Shown: positions 1 to 11,934, numbered from the stretch's first letter. The stretch is 64,000 nucleotides of DNA from an uncultured Nitrososphaerales archaeon (GCA_963709405.1 CAVPXM010000061.1:32001-96000); one strand, 5' to 3'. Notes: generated from the letters alone by a model not told the origin. Numbers and translations: made by a program.

Positions 1-1257
1 CCAGATAAAAGAAATGATAGTAATCTGACCGCTTCAAGTACATGTTTACCCTTGTTTAACATCACACATTCAGCTCTATAACCAATAGCCGCATCTGTAA
101 TTTCGGCTCTTGTCGGCAGACCACTTTTTGCTAACGTCTCTAGTACTTGGGTGGCTAGAATAACAGCTCACACAAACACAAAATATCTTCTTGAACTAAA
201 GATAGGTTTTCAAAACCAATTTCTACAGCAAGATCGCCCCTAGCAATAAGTCACTCCAAATTTTGGCAGATCAAGGCCCGATAGAAGTATCTTTGATAAA
301 TTATGAATTCCGTTACGTGTTTCTATCTTTGCAATAATCCCGAAATCTCCTCTACCTATTCTTACCAGAGCATTATGAAGATCGTGGATATCTTGAGATG
401 AGTGAACAAATGACAGTGCTACGGCAGTTGCATTACTAACTATGAAGCTAAGATTTTCGATATCTTCGGAAGTTATGGCCGATAAAGATAATTCAGAATC
501 TGGAAAGTTGAGTCCTTTTTCTGTTTTTATTTTAGCTGTAGTGTCAGATGGTGATACTATTTTCAATACAAGATAGTCGGTGGTGCTTGAGAGAACTATT
601 GCCTCGACTTTTCCATAATCAATAAATACTCTATGCCCTTGTTGAACCTTGTGAAGTATCTCTGGCATGGTACAGCTAATTTTCATCATTTGATCATATT
701 CATTCGCACTCATACTAGGATGCTCATTCTTTGAAGACTTAAGGAGAATCATTTTATCACCCGAAGTTACCTCTAAATCGACTGATTGTGGGCTAACCCG
801 ACCAACTATTATTGAGTCAAAATCAATATTACTATCGTGCCTGGTATCTGGTGCCAGTGTCACCATAATTCTAGTAGTTCGCCCTTCCCTCGGTCGACCT
901 AACAGCGATTTGCTGCCGATTAGCTAGAATATTTTGTGCATCCTTATGAGTTACTTTTTCTATACGACTTGAATTTGAAGTTGACCCTGGAACAGCCATC
1001 GGATAATTTGGGAAATGCTTCAAAACAAGCTCGATTCCATTTAGAACATGTCCCTCTAGTCTTCCCAACGAAGATAATCCCTGCTCAGCCAGTCTAATTT
1101 GCAGATTTTCAAGATTGTGCTTTCTAAAAGCTAGATAACACAATAAGTTGTCGCGGCTTCTCATATTTTCCCCCACAGTAGTGATGGGATACTGATTTCT
1201 GCATCTCTGGACAGTTTTTATTATTTCGTTAAAAAGCTTAGATAATTCTGTCCCCAA
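1..1257 (-). pseudogene. pyk: Pyruvate kinase, frameshifted; runs off the window edge
   Basis: Motifs GLSSLGRLEGH, RIMVTL, KGLNFP and IIAKIET in the ORFs. After a frameshift near 250: IARGDLAVEIG...[23 protein letters not shown]...AECVMLNKG. +1 shifts near 908 and 250, plus a small deletion near 168. Confidence 0.9.
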
Positions 1258-1439
1258 GCAATTTTTTTCGTCTATATCCTGTATACTTCCCAGTATCCTG
1301 TGTGATTGAATTTGATCTATATACTCCAGGTTAGTAACTTCTATATATAGTATTTTCTGCGTTGAATGTTGGAAAAATGTTACGAAGTGATGATGGTGGT
1401 ATGAATTAAATTCGGAATCTAATCAGCTATCATATCTTC

Positions 1440-1976
1440 CCAGAATGATTTTTTTACAAAAGTGAAAGGAATACACAAAGACTATTTGACTAGCTTTGAG
1501 TTGGTTCTACGTGATGCTTCAATTGAAGATCTAAATCTTGTGTTTGTATCTAGTATCAACCCTCCACAATGCAAAATAGTGAGCAAAGAGGAGGGGAGAA
1601 AACACCCCAAACCAGGTCAGATCACCTTCACAGTTATTGCAAGGTCTGCCACTAATGAACCAAATAGATTAATTGCTGCATCCATAGGTTTAGCCAGACC
1701 TGTCGATGATACTCAATACGGATATCTATCTGAACATCATTCGACTGGAGAGACGGCCCAGAAGGCTGGAGATTACGCTGAGGACATGGCTATCGAGATG
1801 TTAGCTACAGTGATGGGCCTGCCAGATGACCCGACTCTTGCCAGGGACCAGAGGGAGGAACAATGGAGACTTTCGGGGAAGAGTTTACAAAACACAGAAT
1901 TTTACACAATCCGCACAAGGTCACAAAGATGGCCTCTGGACGACGGTCATAAGTGCAGCAGTATTAATATTATGAA
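1440..1976 (+). pseudogene. pdaD: Pyruvoyl-dependent arginine decarboxylase, frameshifted near 1880
   Basis: SFELVLRDA..NLVFVSSI (Ser-Ser self-cleavage site), IAASIG and YGYLSEHH. An alternative frame gives the C-terminus VYKTQNFTQSAQGHKDGLWTTVISAAVLIL*. Confidence 0.88.
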
Positions 1977-2107
1977 TACGCATGCTTTGTTGAAAGACAT
2001 GTAAAAGTCGCCCTCTATAATCAATATGGTTAGCTGACACCTCATCGTGCATGACCATATAGGTCTAGTTTGTTGAATGGGGCGTACCTACAAGCTGCTG
2101 TCAGCTA

Positions 2108-2362
2108 TCAGCTAGGAACATTTCTTATGTAAACAAAGTTCAAGATAATCAGCTGTGCAACGATACTAAATACACTTAATGCAGAAAATATCGGGATATC
2201 GGTAGAAGGATTGGGGCGAGTTGAAAATCCTGACTCATTCAAAATAGACACTTCAAGAACTAGGAAAACGATTAGCGCCGATACTACTCCAAAAACAATC
2301 CAATAGTTGGACATCGTATTCATAAACTTCATTCTTAGAGTAAGATCGCCAGTCAAAGTCAT
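2108..2362 (-). pseudogene. Membrane protein fragment
   Basis: Two hydrophobic helices in a short ORF with no clear continuation. Confidence 0.35.
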
Positions 2363-2999
2363 TTCGCAGATAACAGACTGACGTAGATTCCAATCTATTG
2401 AACGTTGCGTTCTTATTATTTACCAGTTACGAAAAGTGAAACTATCGGATATGAATTATTTCCGGTCTTGTAAGAATTACTGGGCTGAAACTATAAGCCT
2501 TGTTTGAATCGAACGTATCATCTATTAGACTACACTGACTTCCGACCTGACAACATTAAACTTGAATGCAAAGGATAATATGATCTACACTAAGTTCGCT
2601 ATCAAGAAAATATCGATGACCATAAGCACATCGAGGACCATGCATCTCGGTTAATTGCTTGCGTTCGGTGCAGAACCTATGTCCTCCCAACTAATTGTAA
2701 TTTAATGATAAAATCTATAATACCTTTATTACTATAGTTACTATAGATCTCTTGCCAGCCGAACGATGATTATTGATAACAACTAAAGACAGATTGGTTA
2801 GTTAGACTAGAATAGAATCACGAAGCCCGAACTTATCTAAATATCCGATATAATGCCCGCGAAATGCTGGCAACCGCAATAGTACATAGAGCATCGGTTA
2901 TTCTAACTTTCTTGAATCTAGCTGCATTACGATCATCCAGTATTGTTATGCCGAACTTTGCTACCATGCTACCTATCCACTTTGCCACCTATCATTGTC

Positions 3000-3350
3000 A
3001 TGGGGGTTCCCGCTACGTGCGGGGTTTTGAACTGCGAAGGCTGCGGAAATTATGAAGGCTCTGAGACTAGCGATAAAGTAATAAAGTCTTGAATCCAGAT
3101 CAACCAAGGATAAATAAATTAAGCCTTTTTTGGTAATAAATTGCTAAAAGGTAGGATAAAAAATATTGCCGTTGGGGGGCTAACCAGGCTAATGATTGTC
3201 TAATTCATTCATGGCAGGTATGATGATATTGGCCTATTGCAGTAGGAAGGGAACGAAGCATATTGCCCACCGACGGCAGTTCCAACACCCTGTCGTTAAT
3301 ATAATATGGACTAGTATCTTTGCTAGGCCTAGGAAATCCAAGTACAAACC
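3000..3350 (+). mobile_element. Probable group II intron domain-I remnant (no RT ORF, no domain V)
   Basis: GTGCG at 3017. The string TGAACTGCGAAGG..GAAGGCTCTGAGA..AAAGTCTTGAATCC..CAACCAAGG..GAAGCATA..CCACCGA..ACCCTGTCGT resembles archaeal IIB intron 5' domains as I recall them. Not verified by search. Confidence 0.45.
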
Positions 3351-4054
3351 ATGGTAGCTATAGCATGTCGAAAGGCGCTTAGCCTGATAGATAAGGAGTA
3401 GAGCGAAGGCCAAGCGACCTAGGCGAAAGACATGCTATGATGCGAACGATCGTCTATCCAGTTTGGTTGCCTCTTGTGTTGTACTAGATCTTTGTATTCA
3501 AACTATTTCTCGGTTGCAATTGCTCTAACTTTAGCGGCAAGTAAATACATGTTGACATCAATATTTCTGAGAACGCTTTAGATGCATCTAGTGAATCACG
3601 GTCGTTAATTGATACGCTTTCGATACCACGTACAGTAACAGTCCAGAATGATTGCTGTGACATAATGATTGATGGTCGCTTATCTACCGAAGAGCCTTTC
3701 GGTCAGGGGTGCCTCGGTAGTCAGTACGAGATCGTCAGCGGCTACGCCCAGCCCGACCCGGCGGTAGGTGCCTTCGGCGGTTTTAGTAGATATCTGATGA
3801 TGCGACTGCAGATTTCGTTGAAACCCCGACTAACCAAGATAATGTTGAAGGTCTTATTAAACAAATACGAAGGGGAAGTCAGCATATACTCCAATCTGCA
3901 GTATATCAAAGAAATATTGTTGTTGATCAAGCCCATCTAAAGTTTGTTTTCGTCTCCTTTTTTTACTTCCCTTATTACAAAGTCTAAATATTTTTTCAAT
4001 TCCTTCTCATCTAGTTTTATTGGTTGTTGTCGTTGTTCTGGGCCTATCTCTAAG

Positions 4055-4336
4055 CTATCGTTGTCCCGCAATTCTTCTGACAGTTTTTTCAATTTCGCTC
4101 TCCATCTCAGCATGTCCTATTAGATGCAATAGCCTTGACTCTAAGGCATGTTCGTAGATAGATTTGCGCAATTTATTATTCGCTGAGACAAGTATCGCCG
4201 AATTGTAAATGCCTAGGACTATATCTACAAACAGTTCCAATGACAGGACTAAAGCAATATGTGCAAACTTTAAAGATAAGAAAGAATAAAGGAATCGATG
4301 ACTGCAGAAGATACTCGAAATGCACAAAAAGAACAC
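4055..4336 (-). pseudogene. C-terminal fragment of a Nitrososphaeraceae-type membrane protein
   Basis: TM helix followed by SANNKLRKSI..ESRLLHLIGHAEMESEIEKTV. Confidence 0.45.
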
Positions 4337-5612
4337 TAATACAACAATAGCAAGAATGTTACGTAAAAGAAGAGAATTCGAAGAATCAAATCCTAGATAT
4401 CAGATAGAGAAGTCAATCCAAGATTTACATAACCTTGAAAGGCCTAATTTTAGTGAATTCCATTGAAATTTATATATTTGAGATGCATAAATTGTTCAAG
4501 ATAATGATACCACTACTAGAGAGAAAACTAATGCTCTATCATGCTTAACGCACCATACAATAGCCGTCTTCAAACACTTACTTCTGGTCCAGAATCATAC
4601 ATGAATATCAAGAAAAGTCTATCAGAAATCGATCTACAAAGACTTGTAGAGAGCAGTCCTGTTTTGAAAGCACAAATTGATCAAAGAAAACTATTTCAAA
4701 GAGGTTTGTTCAATTTAAAATAAAGATGCTATTTGTAACTTCGATCTTTCTCATTTATTGAGAAAGGCAATTCAAAAATGGTTGACTGAGGGCTCTCATC
4801 GTAAGGTTCAACGACGATATCTTAGTCTTACTATATAGTAAAAAGAATATTCTGAAAAAATAATATTTTTGGAGAATAGCTTTCAAGGAGCGTTTAACTG
4901 GCTGGATTGCGTATATACACTCGATACGAATGCACATGATCAACACTAAAGGAAAGAAAATAAGCCAACCACAAATTACTGCCGCAGATTCAAATGCAGA
5001 ATATGTCTACATAATTGAAGATCAGGAGGTTTGGTTTATAGACTATATTATTGGAATCGCATTTAAGACACCTGTAGACTTGAGCACTATAAACAGATAC
5101 AATATCGGCTTACTGGAATAGGGAAGATCCTATACTGAACTCTGTGATATCAAAGATTTTCAAGATCATATGGAAGAAAAGGTCGGCCAAGAAATTGATA
5201 TAGAGTCCTCAATAGACCATGTAACAAAGACTAGAGAAAGATGATAAAAGGATAATCTTTTCACCCTCATAAAAAATGTGTCGTTTGATCGATGCTAAAA
5301 TATTCTGTTTGAATCCCTTTTTCCAATGAGTTCTTTTCCTTTATCAGTAATGAAGAAATATCCACCTAAAGCATAAGAATCTATTAGGTCTTCATCTTCT
5401 AGATAAAAATATATTCTCATGAATTTTTCTGCTGGAACCGAATTTGACAAAAATACTGTATCTCAAATCTGATTGCGTTACAATAATAATACTTTAGTGG
5501 ATCTATAAAACTTCTGCATAATGGAAGGTAATCAATTACACTTGTAAGATTATATATGTAGGAAATTTCTTTGAATCTGTAATGGAATAGATCTAAAAGT
5601 AATACCGAACCG

Positions 5613-5915
5613 TCAGCGACAGAATCCAGCAAATAGGTTGTAAGTCTGTGAACCAACAATTGTTAGCGCCTTTTGTAATTCCTCGCTAGGGTTCCCGTAA
5701 ACGTCAAATTTACTTATCCTAGAGACACTGAAAATCTTTGGAAGTATCGTTTGCGATGCTATGTCGGTATTGTGAGCAAGTGCAGCCTCCGAATTTGTAT
5801 ATGTTTCATGTACATTACACTTTGTCTCAGATTTATTAAGATAAAACTCGTAATTTATCGTATCTGGCTCGTTAGCTTCCACCGTTCTGCTCATATCCTG
5901 TACCAGTTTCTTAAA
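5613..5915 (-). pseudogene. Antibiotic biosynthesis monooxygenase (ABM)/quinol monooxygenase-like protein, 5'-truncated
   Basis: EANEPDTINYEFYL...VHETYTNSEAALAH; no proper start. Confidence 0.75.
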
Positions 5916-6489
5916 CCATTGCAAAAGTACACTACAATGACAGAAAGACAGTTCAAGTCAATCAAGCAGATTGAAGTACAAATAAAACAGCTACAAAAAC
6001 AGACCTTCGATATCCTAAAAGCAGTCCGAAAGATCAAATAATTGTATAATGAATAAAAACAATATAGACATAGAAAAAATTTAGTGATGAGGTAATGCTC
6101 GCATAGACATGATGATCGATATCGTAGACAAGAGGATATGTAACAAAATTACTTAGAGTTAGTATCATGCCAGGTCACGTATTCCCTCTACTATCAACTC
6201 GTTGTCCTCTGTCTATTACATTTCCATTTGTGACTTGTTTAGCAGTATTTATTTTACTTTTTCCAACATCTTTTATTTACATATTCTTCTTTCTGCCCAG
6301 TCCCCTTTAGGCGACTTTCCTAGTAAACCATTCTTTGTCGTTATGCAATTCCAGCCCTAAAGAAGATAAAGGCCGACTACAATAAAGATCGTACACATAA
6401 TTAGTCTTGATGTTGATATAATAATGTATTCTCCCTATCATCATTTTTATATGATAATTTTGCAATATTTTTAGGAAATGGTACTATTC

Positions 6490-6605
6490 TAATTTATAAC
6501 ATTTAGGAAGAAAATGCAAGTAATAAGAAGTTACCATCTATTCCAAACTACAGTACAATTAACAGACGTGTTAATAACCAGGATATCAGAATCAGCGAAC
6601 GCTAG
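6490..6605 (+). mobile_element. IS5-family transposase remnant
   Basis: Translates to PSIPNYSTINRRVNNQDIRISER, matching the PDYSTIxRR motif of IS5/IS903-like transposases. Confidence 0.5.
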
Positions 6606-6852
6606 GCATATACAAAGTTGACATAAATAAAAATGGTATTAACACTTTTACTATGTGGAAGTGGGGCAATAACTAATGCATTTTTAAGCATTGATATTTT
6701 TTCAAAGTGGTATTCCTAATCTATTGCAAAAGCAATAAAGACATAAGTAATGGCTAGCAAGGAAAAGGCTCTCCTTTAACATTGATTGCATTGGGATATC
6801 TCATCTTCAAAAAGAATATGTACTACATATTATTGACTTAATATTGAACAAT

Positions 6853-7182
6853 ATGCCATATGCTAAACAACTTAAAGCTCACTGGAAGGAAGGAAAAAGA
6901 GACGAAGGAGCGAAAATGGTAGTAGATTTTTACAATGGGCTAATTGGAAAAGCAAAGGGATTCAAGGGTTTCATAATGACTGGCAGCTTAGATGATCCAC
7001 AAAGAACAGTTAACATATCTTTATGGGAAACAAGAGAAGACATGGATAATTATTACGCAAATGATAAGGACTATGCATCATTCCTAGATTCTATTAACCC
7101 ATTATTTGATCAAGAAGTAGAAATAGTCATACCCTCAAAGCAGACTGATTATACTGTTTTTGAAGTCAACATGGGCAAATAA
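6853..7182 (+). CDS. ABM-fold (dimeric alpha+beta barrel) protein
   Basis: GFKG...NISLWETREDMDNY pattern; intact ORF; T-rich tract downstream. Confidence 0.75.
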   Translation: MPYAKQLKAHWKEGKRDEGAKMVVDFYNGLIGKAKGFKGFIMTGSLDDPQRTVNISLWETREDMDNYYANDKDYASFLDSINPLFDQEVEIVIPSKQTDYTVFEVNMGK

Positions 7183-8085
7183 CATTATAATTCGTCTCTT
7201 ACTTTCATTTTTTTAGATGTCCTTTGCAGCTTTATAGCATAGCAGACGAAGATCTTTTGATGATGGTTGCTATTGTTATAGTTTGAATAATATCTTTTGT
7301 TTACTTTTTGGAAATATAGCTAAATCTCTTTTCAATACATTCCACTCAACAGATATATCCATGAATTGGAGCAAAAAACCGCTTTTTCTCAAGACCGTTT
7401 ATACTCGGGTTCTAACGCAATAAGATTAATTTTATATCATTAGATAAATGTTAATGAGAAAAAATTACTCTAAATACATCTGCAGAGAAAATACTGCATA
7501 TGAGGTAAGAACAAAAATAAAATGGATTCGATGCTGGTGTTGGTGCTTACCTTACAATTGACAAGACAGTAGAGATGGACGTAGAAATTATGTATAAGTG
7601 AAGTAGATAAAAACTCGAAGAAGATAAAGTTCAGCTAAAGCCACAATCTTTGCCCCGACAATCAGTCCTCCACCTTCTCCTTTTCTTCAGTCTTTTCACA
7701 CTACTTCAATTATGAAATACATGCGTTATAGCTTGGACGACATCAAAAAATATAGGATATACTTTTCTTAGAGCTTCTGTGTTAACTTCAGCTGAAGATA
7801 TAAAGCATACTCTAATGTTTGGGTCTATCCGTACCTTGTCGATAATTCAAGACATTCGATTATTTCCTTTTATTCAGTATCACAGACAGATAATAATTGT
7901 GGTTACATTCTATTCGATATCATTTATGAATCATGATTGCCACGAATTCGCTATACATAGTTCTATAAGCTAAACGTGTGCTTCCCCGAACTCATGTCAA
8001 GTTTATTGGAGTACAGAATTTGTTTTTGAGAAATCTAAAATAATAAAAGAAACGAAAGTACCTTTTACATCTAGGCTCTAATTCT

Positions 8086-8880
8086 ATGCCGTCATATGGA
8101 CTACTTACCAACCCTTCAATTGAATTAATAAGTGAGATAAGTAAAATATACGATCTAAATTTTGACTATGTGGAAATAGGTATAGAAGGCCCTGAAGGTA
8201 ATCCAGACATAATTAATAAGAAGAAGAATAAGGATGTAATAAAAAAGTTGCTTGAGAGATTCAAGCAAAAGCCTATTGCTCATACAGCCTATTGGATAGA
8301 TTTAGCTTCAGATTATGATTATATTAGACATGCATGGATTCTTGAGGCATTAAGAGAAATTAAAACAGCAAGAAAGCTAGGCATAGATCTAATAAATTTT
8401 CATGCTAACATAAATGGTATGTTTTATGGGGAAAAAAGAAAAATAGTTTTGGATAACATGATCAAAAGTCTCAGGGAAATTGTTAGCCAAGCTAAAAAGT
8501 ATAAAGTAGATGTAATGTTGGAAAATGTACCTCTATCAAAAGGAATACACAGCGTAAGTGAATTCAAATATATTATTGATAATGTTAATGCGCTATTTGT
8601 TCATCTAGATATTCCTCATGCGTTTACTTCAGGTGGAATGGCCTCGGTAATTGAATACATAAACACATTTAGAGACAAAATAATTCATGTTCATTGGCAT
8701 GACAATCATGGACAGAAAGATGAACACCTACCTATAGGCGAAGGTTTCATAGACCATCAAACTGCAGTCAAAGCACTAAAGGATATTGGTTACGATAGAA
8801 CAATTACTTTAGAAGTTTTTACAAATATTAATGATGCTAAATCATCTGCAGATAAACTCAGGACTATGTGGTCAGCTTAG
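8086..8880 (+). CDS. Sugar phosphate isomerase/epimerase (xylose isomerase-like TIM barrel, AP_endonuc_2)
   Basis: Metal ligands in MLEN, HLDIPHA, HVHWHDN..DEHLPIGEG and ITLEV. Confidence 0.9.
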   Translation: MPSYGLLTNPSIELISEISKIYDLNFDYVEIGIEGPEGNPDIINKKKNKDVIKKLLERFKQKPIAHTAYWIDLASDYDYIRHAWILEALREIKTARKLGIDLINFHANINGMFYGEKRKIVLDNMIKSLREIVSQAKKYKVDVMLENVPLSKGIHSVSEFKYIIDNVNALFVHLDIPHAFTSGGMASVIEYINTFRDKIIHVHWHDNHGQKDEHLPIGEGFIDHQTAVKALKDIGYDRTITLEVFTNINDAKSSADKLRTMWSA

Positions 8881-9108
8881 GAACAATTGATACGACGATG
8901 TGAGATCCAATCCTTTAGTCGTATGATTCTAGAAGTCACGTTATGCCCCCGAATCAGCCATCTCGGGTGCATTGTCATATCTACAATAAGCCATCGCTCC
9001 ATCCATACTTGGTATGCATAAGACTAGAGTTGGTCACTTTTGTACATCTAATACATACAAATGTAAAAGTTGATGTGTTGCATTGTCAAAGACACTATGA
9101 TAAATTAA

Positions 9109-9714
9109 ATGAATATGCCTCTGGATTTTGTCGAGGAAGAAAAATATTCATTCCTTAAGGCCATTGCCAATCCAGTTGAGTACAAGAAAGCGAGAGGTAG
9201 TCAGTCGCTTACCAACATACCGTTGGTCATAGGTATAATCGCTACAGGTCTACTTACAGGGGGAGGATTCATCTATACCTTCATGATGAAAGCAGCGCTA
9301 GATGAACCATCAACTACTTATGCTGTTCTTTCCGCCATTATGAAATCTGCAGTTCCTTATTATATCATCATCAACACTCTGATGGAATTATTAGTCATTC
9401 CTTTCATTATATTTTTGAATTGGAATACAAATCCAACACGCAGAAATTACATTATAATCGGATTTGCAACTTATTTTGTCTTACGTATATGGACATATCT
9501 TGTCTTTGCCGAAACAAGGCTTGAAATTTCACAACGAACGCTGTCAGCTGCAGATATAGAATGGTTCAAACAAACTCTTGCAACTGATTATCGAGTCATA
9601 TTGGATTTGTTCACGCAAGTATTCTTTATTTTGGCTGCTCGTGTTCCAATAAAAAAAGTAGTAGGAGATGGTAGACAACCTGAAGATAAGAGGCAAGATA
9701 CTATCATCAAATGA
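9109..9714 (+). CDS. Hypothetical multi-pass membrane protein
   Basis: 201-aa ORF with about 4 hydrophobic segments. Confidence 0.6.
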   Translation: MNMPLDFVEEEKYSFLKAIANPVEYKKARGSQSLTNIPLVIGIIATGLLTGGGFIYTFMMKAALDEPSTTYAVLSAIMKSAVPYYIIINTLMELLVIPFIIFLNWNTNPTRRNYIIIGFATYFVLRIWTYLVFAETRLEISQRTLSAADIEWFKQTLATDYRVILDLFTQVFFILAARVPIKKVVGDGRQPEDKRQDTIIK

Positions 9715-9784
9715 TGCTGCATTTCGCTAACCTCTCTAGAGATCCTGGAAACACTGGATGTGTTAGGTCAACCAACCCATAATG

Positions 9785-10011
9785 CTTGCTTGCTGGGATT
9801 ACCCATATTGGTCCAGTATATGTGTCCGGCCTCAACATCCACAACCACGCCATCGGGGAGCCGGCATCCAGTTACGATGGGCCTTCCGGTCAGAGCCGTC
9901 TGGATTTGCGGAGAGAACGCGGCCGGTGCTTACTTCCAGAAAAAATAAGCGACCAAATGTGGATTTGCTGCGGGGTGATGGCTGTGCTTTGGGAGCTTGT
10001 GTGGTGTTCAT
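9785..10011 (-). pseudogene. Fragment of a bacterial-type YWTD (LDL-receptor class B) beta-propeller protein
   Basis: GRLFFLEVSTGRVLSANPDGSDRK, then after +1: IVTGCRLPDGVVVDVEAGHIYWTNMGNPSK. GC content is clearly above the flanks. Confidence 0.7.
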
Positions 10012-10485
10012 GGTTTTTATTCCGTATCGAATGCTTTTTAATATTTTGCATCCATTCATTGAAACTGAACTTGACGCTGTAACAAATCGAAGAGCTGATT
10101 CAATATCATAAAATTTTTTCATGTTCCACAGGGATCGACACATCTTATATGTTGAAAAATTCTGTGGTTTTTCATTGTGCTGTGTCGACATAAAATTCTA
10201 CACATAAATAAGACACATAAACCTATTGCAGGTGGTGGCAAGCCTGTTGAAACATTTAATTTAATCAGAACGTCATTACGGAACAGCCAAGCTCAGTATC
10301 CAGACCACGTTCTAACTAGCGTTGAACAAGCGTTGATATGTAACTAGTATCCATTTAACTACAGAGAAGTCTGTTCTGATCATGAAGACATATACCAAAA
10401 GTCTGGTTATTGACTCAAGTTAACTAAGATGGGGAAACCTATATAGCATTTAGTCTCTAGTCTGATAATATGAGGTACGTCAAAA

Positions 10486-10800
10486 TTGAGTGCAGATTTT
10501 GTAAAGGTTGCTGAAACAAAGGATATCCAACCATCTAGCATGAAAGCAGTTGACCTAGAGGAAGAGAGAGTTTGTATTGTCAATATCAAAGGAAATTACT
10601 ATGCAATTGGAAATGTATGTACTCACATGGGTGGACCTCTAAATGAAGGTACACTTGAAGGATACGACGTTGAGTGTCCTTGGCATGGATCTAAATTCGA
10701 TGTTAGGACAGGTGAACCAATTAGGCCTCCGGCACGGCAAGCAATCCCAATTTATGAAGTAAAGGTAGAAAACAATAACATACTAGTAAGAAAGCATTAA
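10486..10800 (+). CDS. Rieske [2Fe-2S] ferredoxin (non-heme iron oxygenase ferredoxin subunit)
   Basis: CTH...CPWHGSKFDVRTG Rieske motif. Confidence 0.95.
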   Translation: MSADFVKVAETKDIQPSSMKAVDLEEERVCIVNIKGNYYAIGNVCTHMGGPLNEGTLEGYDVECPWHGSKFDVRTGEPIRPPARQAIPIYEVKVENNNILVRKH

Positions 10801-10845
10801 TGGTTAGGGAAAGGACAAAATAAATGGCATGGAGGAAATAGTCCT

Positions 10846-11874
10846 ATGACAAGTAACAAAAATGTACATAAAGGCGTTTTTGGAATACATCACGTTACAG
10901 CAATAACGAGCAATCCACAGAAGAACATTGATTTCTACACAGGCGATTTGGGACTTAGGCTAGTGAAGCTAACAGTAAATCAAGATGACCCGACTGCATA
11001 CCATCTTTATTATGGCGACGAGTTGGGACGTCCAGGTACTATTCTCACATTTTTCTACTGGCCAAATATCCCTAGAGGACGTCGAGGAACTAGTCAGGTT
11101 ATCACCACATCTTTTTTGATACCTGAGAATTCTAAAAACTATTGGATAAATAGATTCAAGAGCAGGCAGATAGAGTATAATGGACCACACAAAAGGTTTA
11201 ATGATGAACAAGTAATTACGTTCTACGATCCTGATGGGTTAGAACTAGAGCTTGTAGCACATGAATCTGCAGGAGAAAGAAATGTAAACGTTTGGAAAGA
11301 GGGTCAGATACCTGTTGAAGATGCAATAAGAGGTTTCTATTCTGTGACTGTGTCCGAGGAAGGATACGAGCGTACTGCGTCCGTTTTGACTGATGAATTG
11401 GGATTTATTCCTACACATCACGATGGAAGCCGGTTCCGATATGAAAAATCTACATCTACTACCACGTCCTCGTCAGCTACCGATATTGACAAGGAAGGAG
11501 CTGGAATAGGAGGCGCCAAGATTGTTGATGTTCTCTGTCTGCCTTATACGCAGCCGGGATTCATAGGTATTGGATCAGTCCATCATATGGCATTTCGTAC
11601 CTCAACCGATGAACAACAACAGGTTTTGCGCCGTAATATCGTAAAAGCTCGATTAAATGCCACCCCTGTGATAGACCGATTTTATTTTCATTCTGTCTAT
11701 TTCCCTGAACCCGGTGGAGTACTTTTCGAAATTGCTACTAACCCTCCTGGATTTACAATTGACGAAAAGCTTGATGAGCTAGGCACACATCTAGTTCTTC
11801 CTCCATGGCTCGAATCTATGAGGGGAGACCTCGAAAGGATTTTACCTCCTGTTGTCACCCCAAAAAGGAATTGA
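10846..11874 (+). CDS. Ring-cleaving dioxygenase, MhqO/MhqA-like VOC family
   Basis: GIHHVTAI, LVKLTVNQDDP..YHLYYGD, GSVHHMAF and DRFYFHSVYFPEPGGVLFEIAT (2-His-1-Glu). Confidence 0.93.
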   Translation: MTSNKNVHKGVFGIHHVTAITSNPQKNIDFYTGDLGLRLVKLTVNQDDPTAYHLYYGDELGRPGTILTFFYWPNIPRGRRGTSQVITTSFLIPENSKNYWINRFKSRQIEYNGPHKRFNDEQVITFYDPDGLELELVAHESAGERNVNVWKEGQIPVEDAIRGFYSVTVSEEGYERTASVLTDELGFIPTHHDGSRFRYEKSTSTTTSSSATDIDKEGAGIGGAKIVDVLCLPYTQPGFIGIGSVHHMAFRTSTDEQQQVLRRNIVKARLNATPVIDRFYFHSVYFPEPGGVLFEIATNPPGFTIDEKLDELGTHLVLPPWLESMRGDLERILPPVVTPKRN

Positions 11875-11934
11875 GGGACCAATTACTGCCCCACTGATAA
11901 TCGCGTTTTAATTTATGAGGTACTGAACATTAAG

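Noticed and set aside
3360-3830. Hammerhead ribozyme (CTGATAGA/CTGATGA...GAAA cores) or SRP RNA
   Set aside because: Stem I and the NUH cleavage triplet cannot be formed in either hairpin, and there is no SRP helix-8 GNRA/AGCAG motif.
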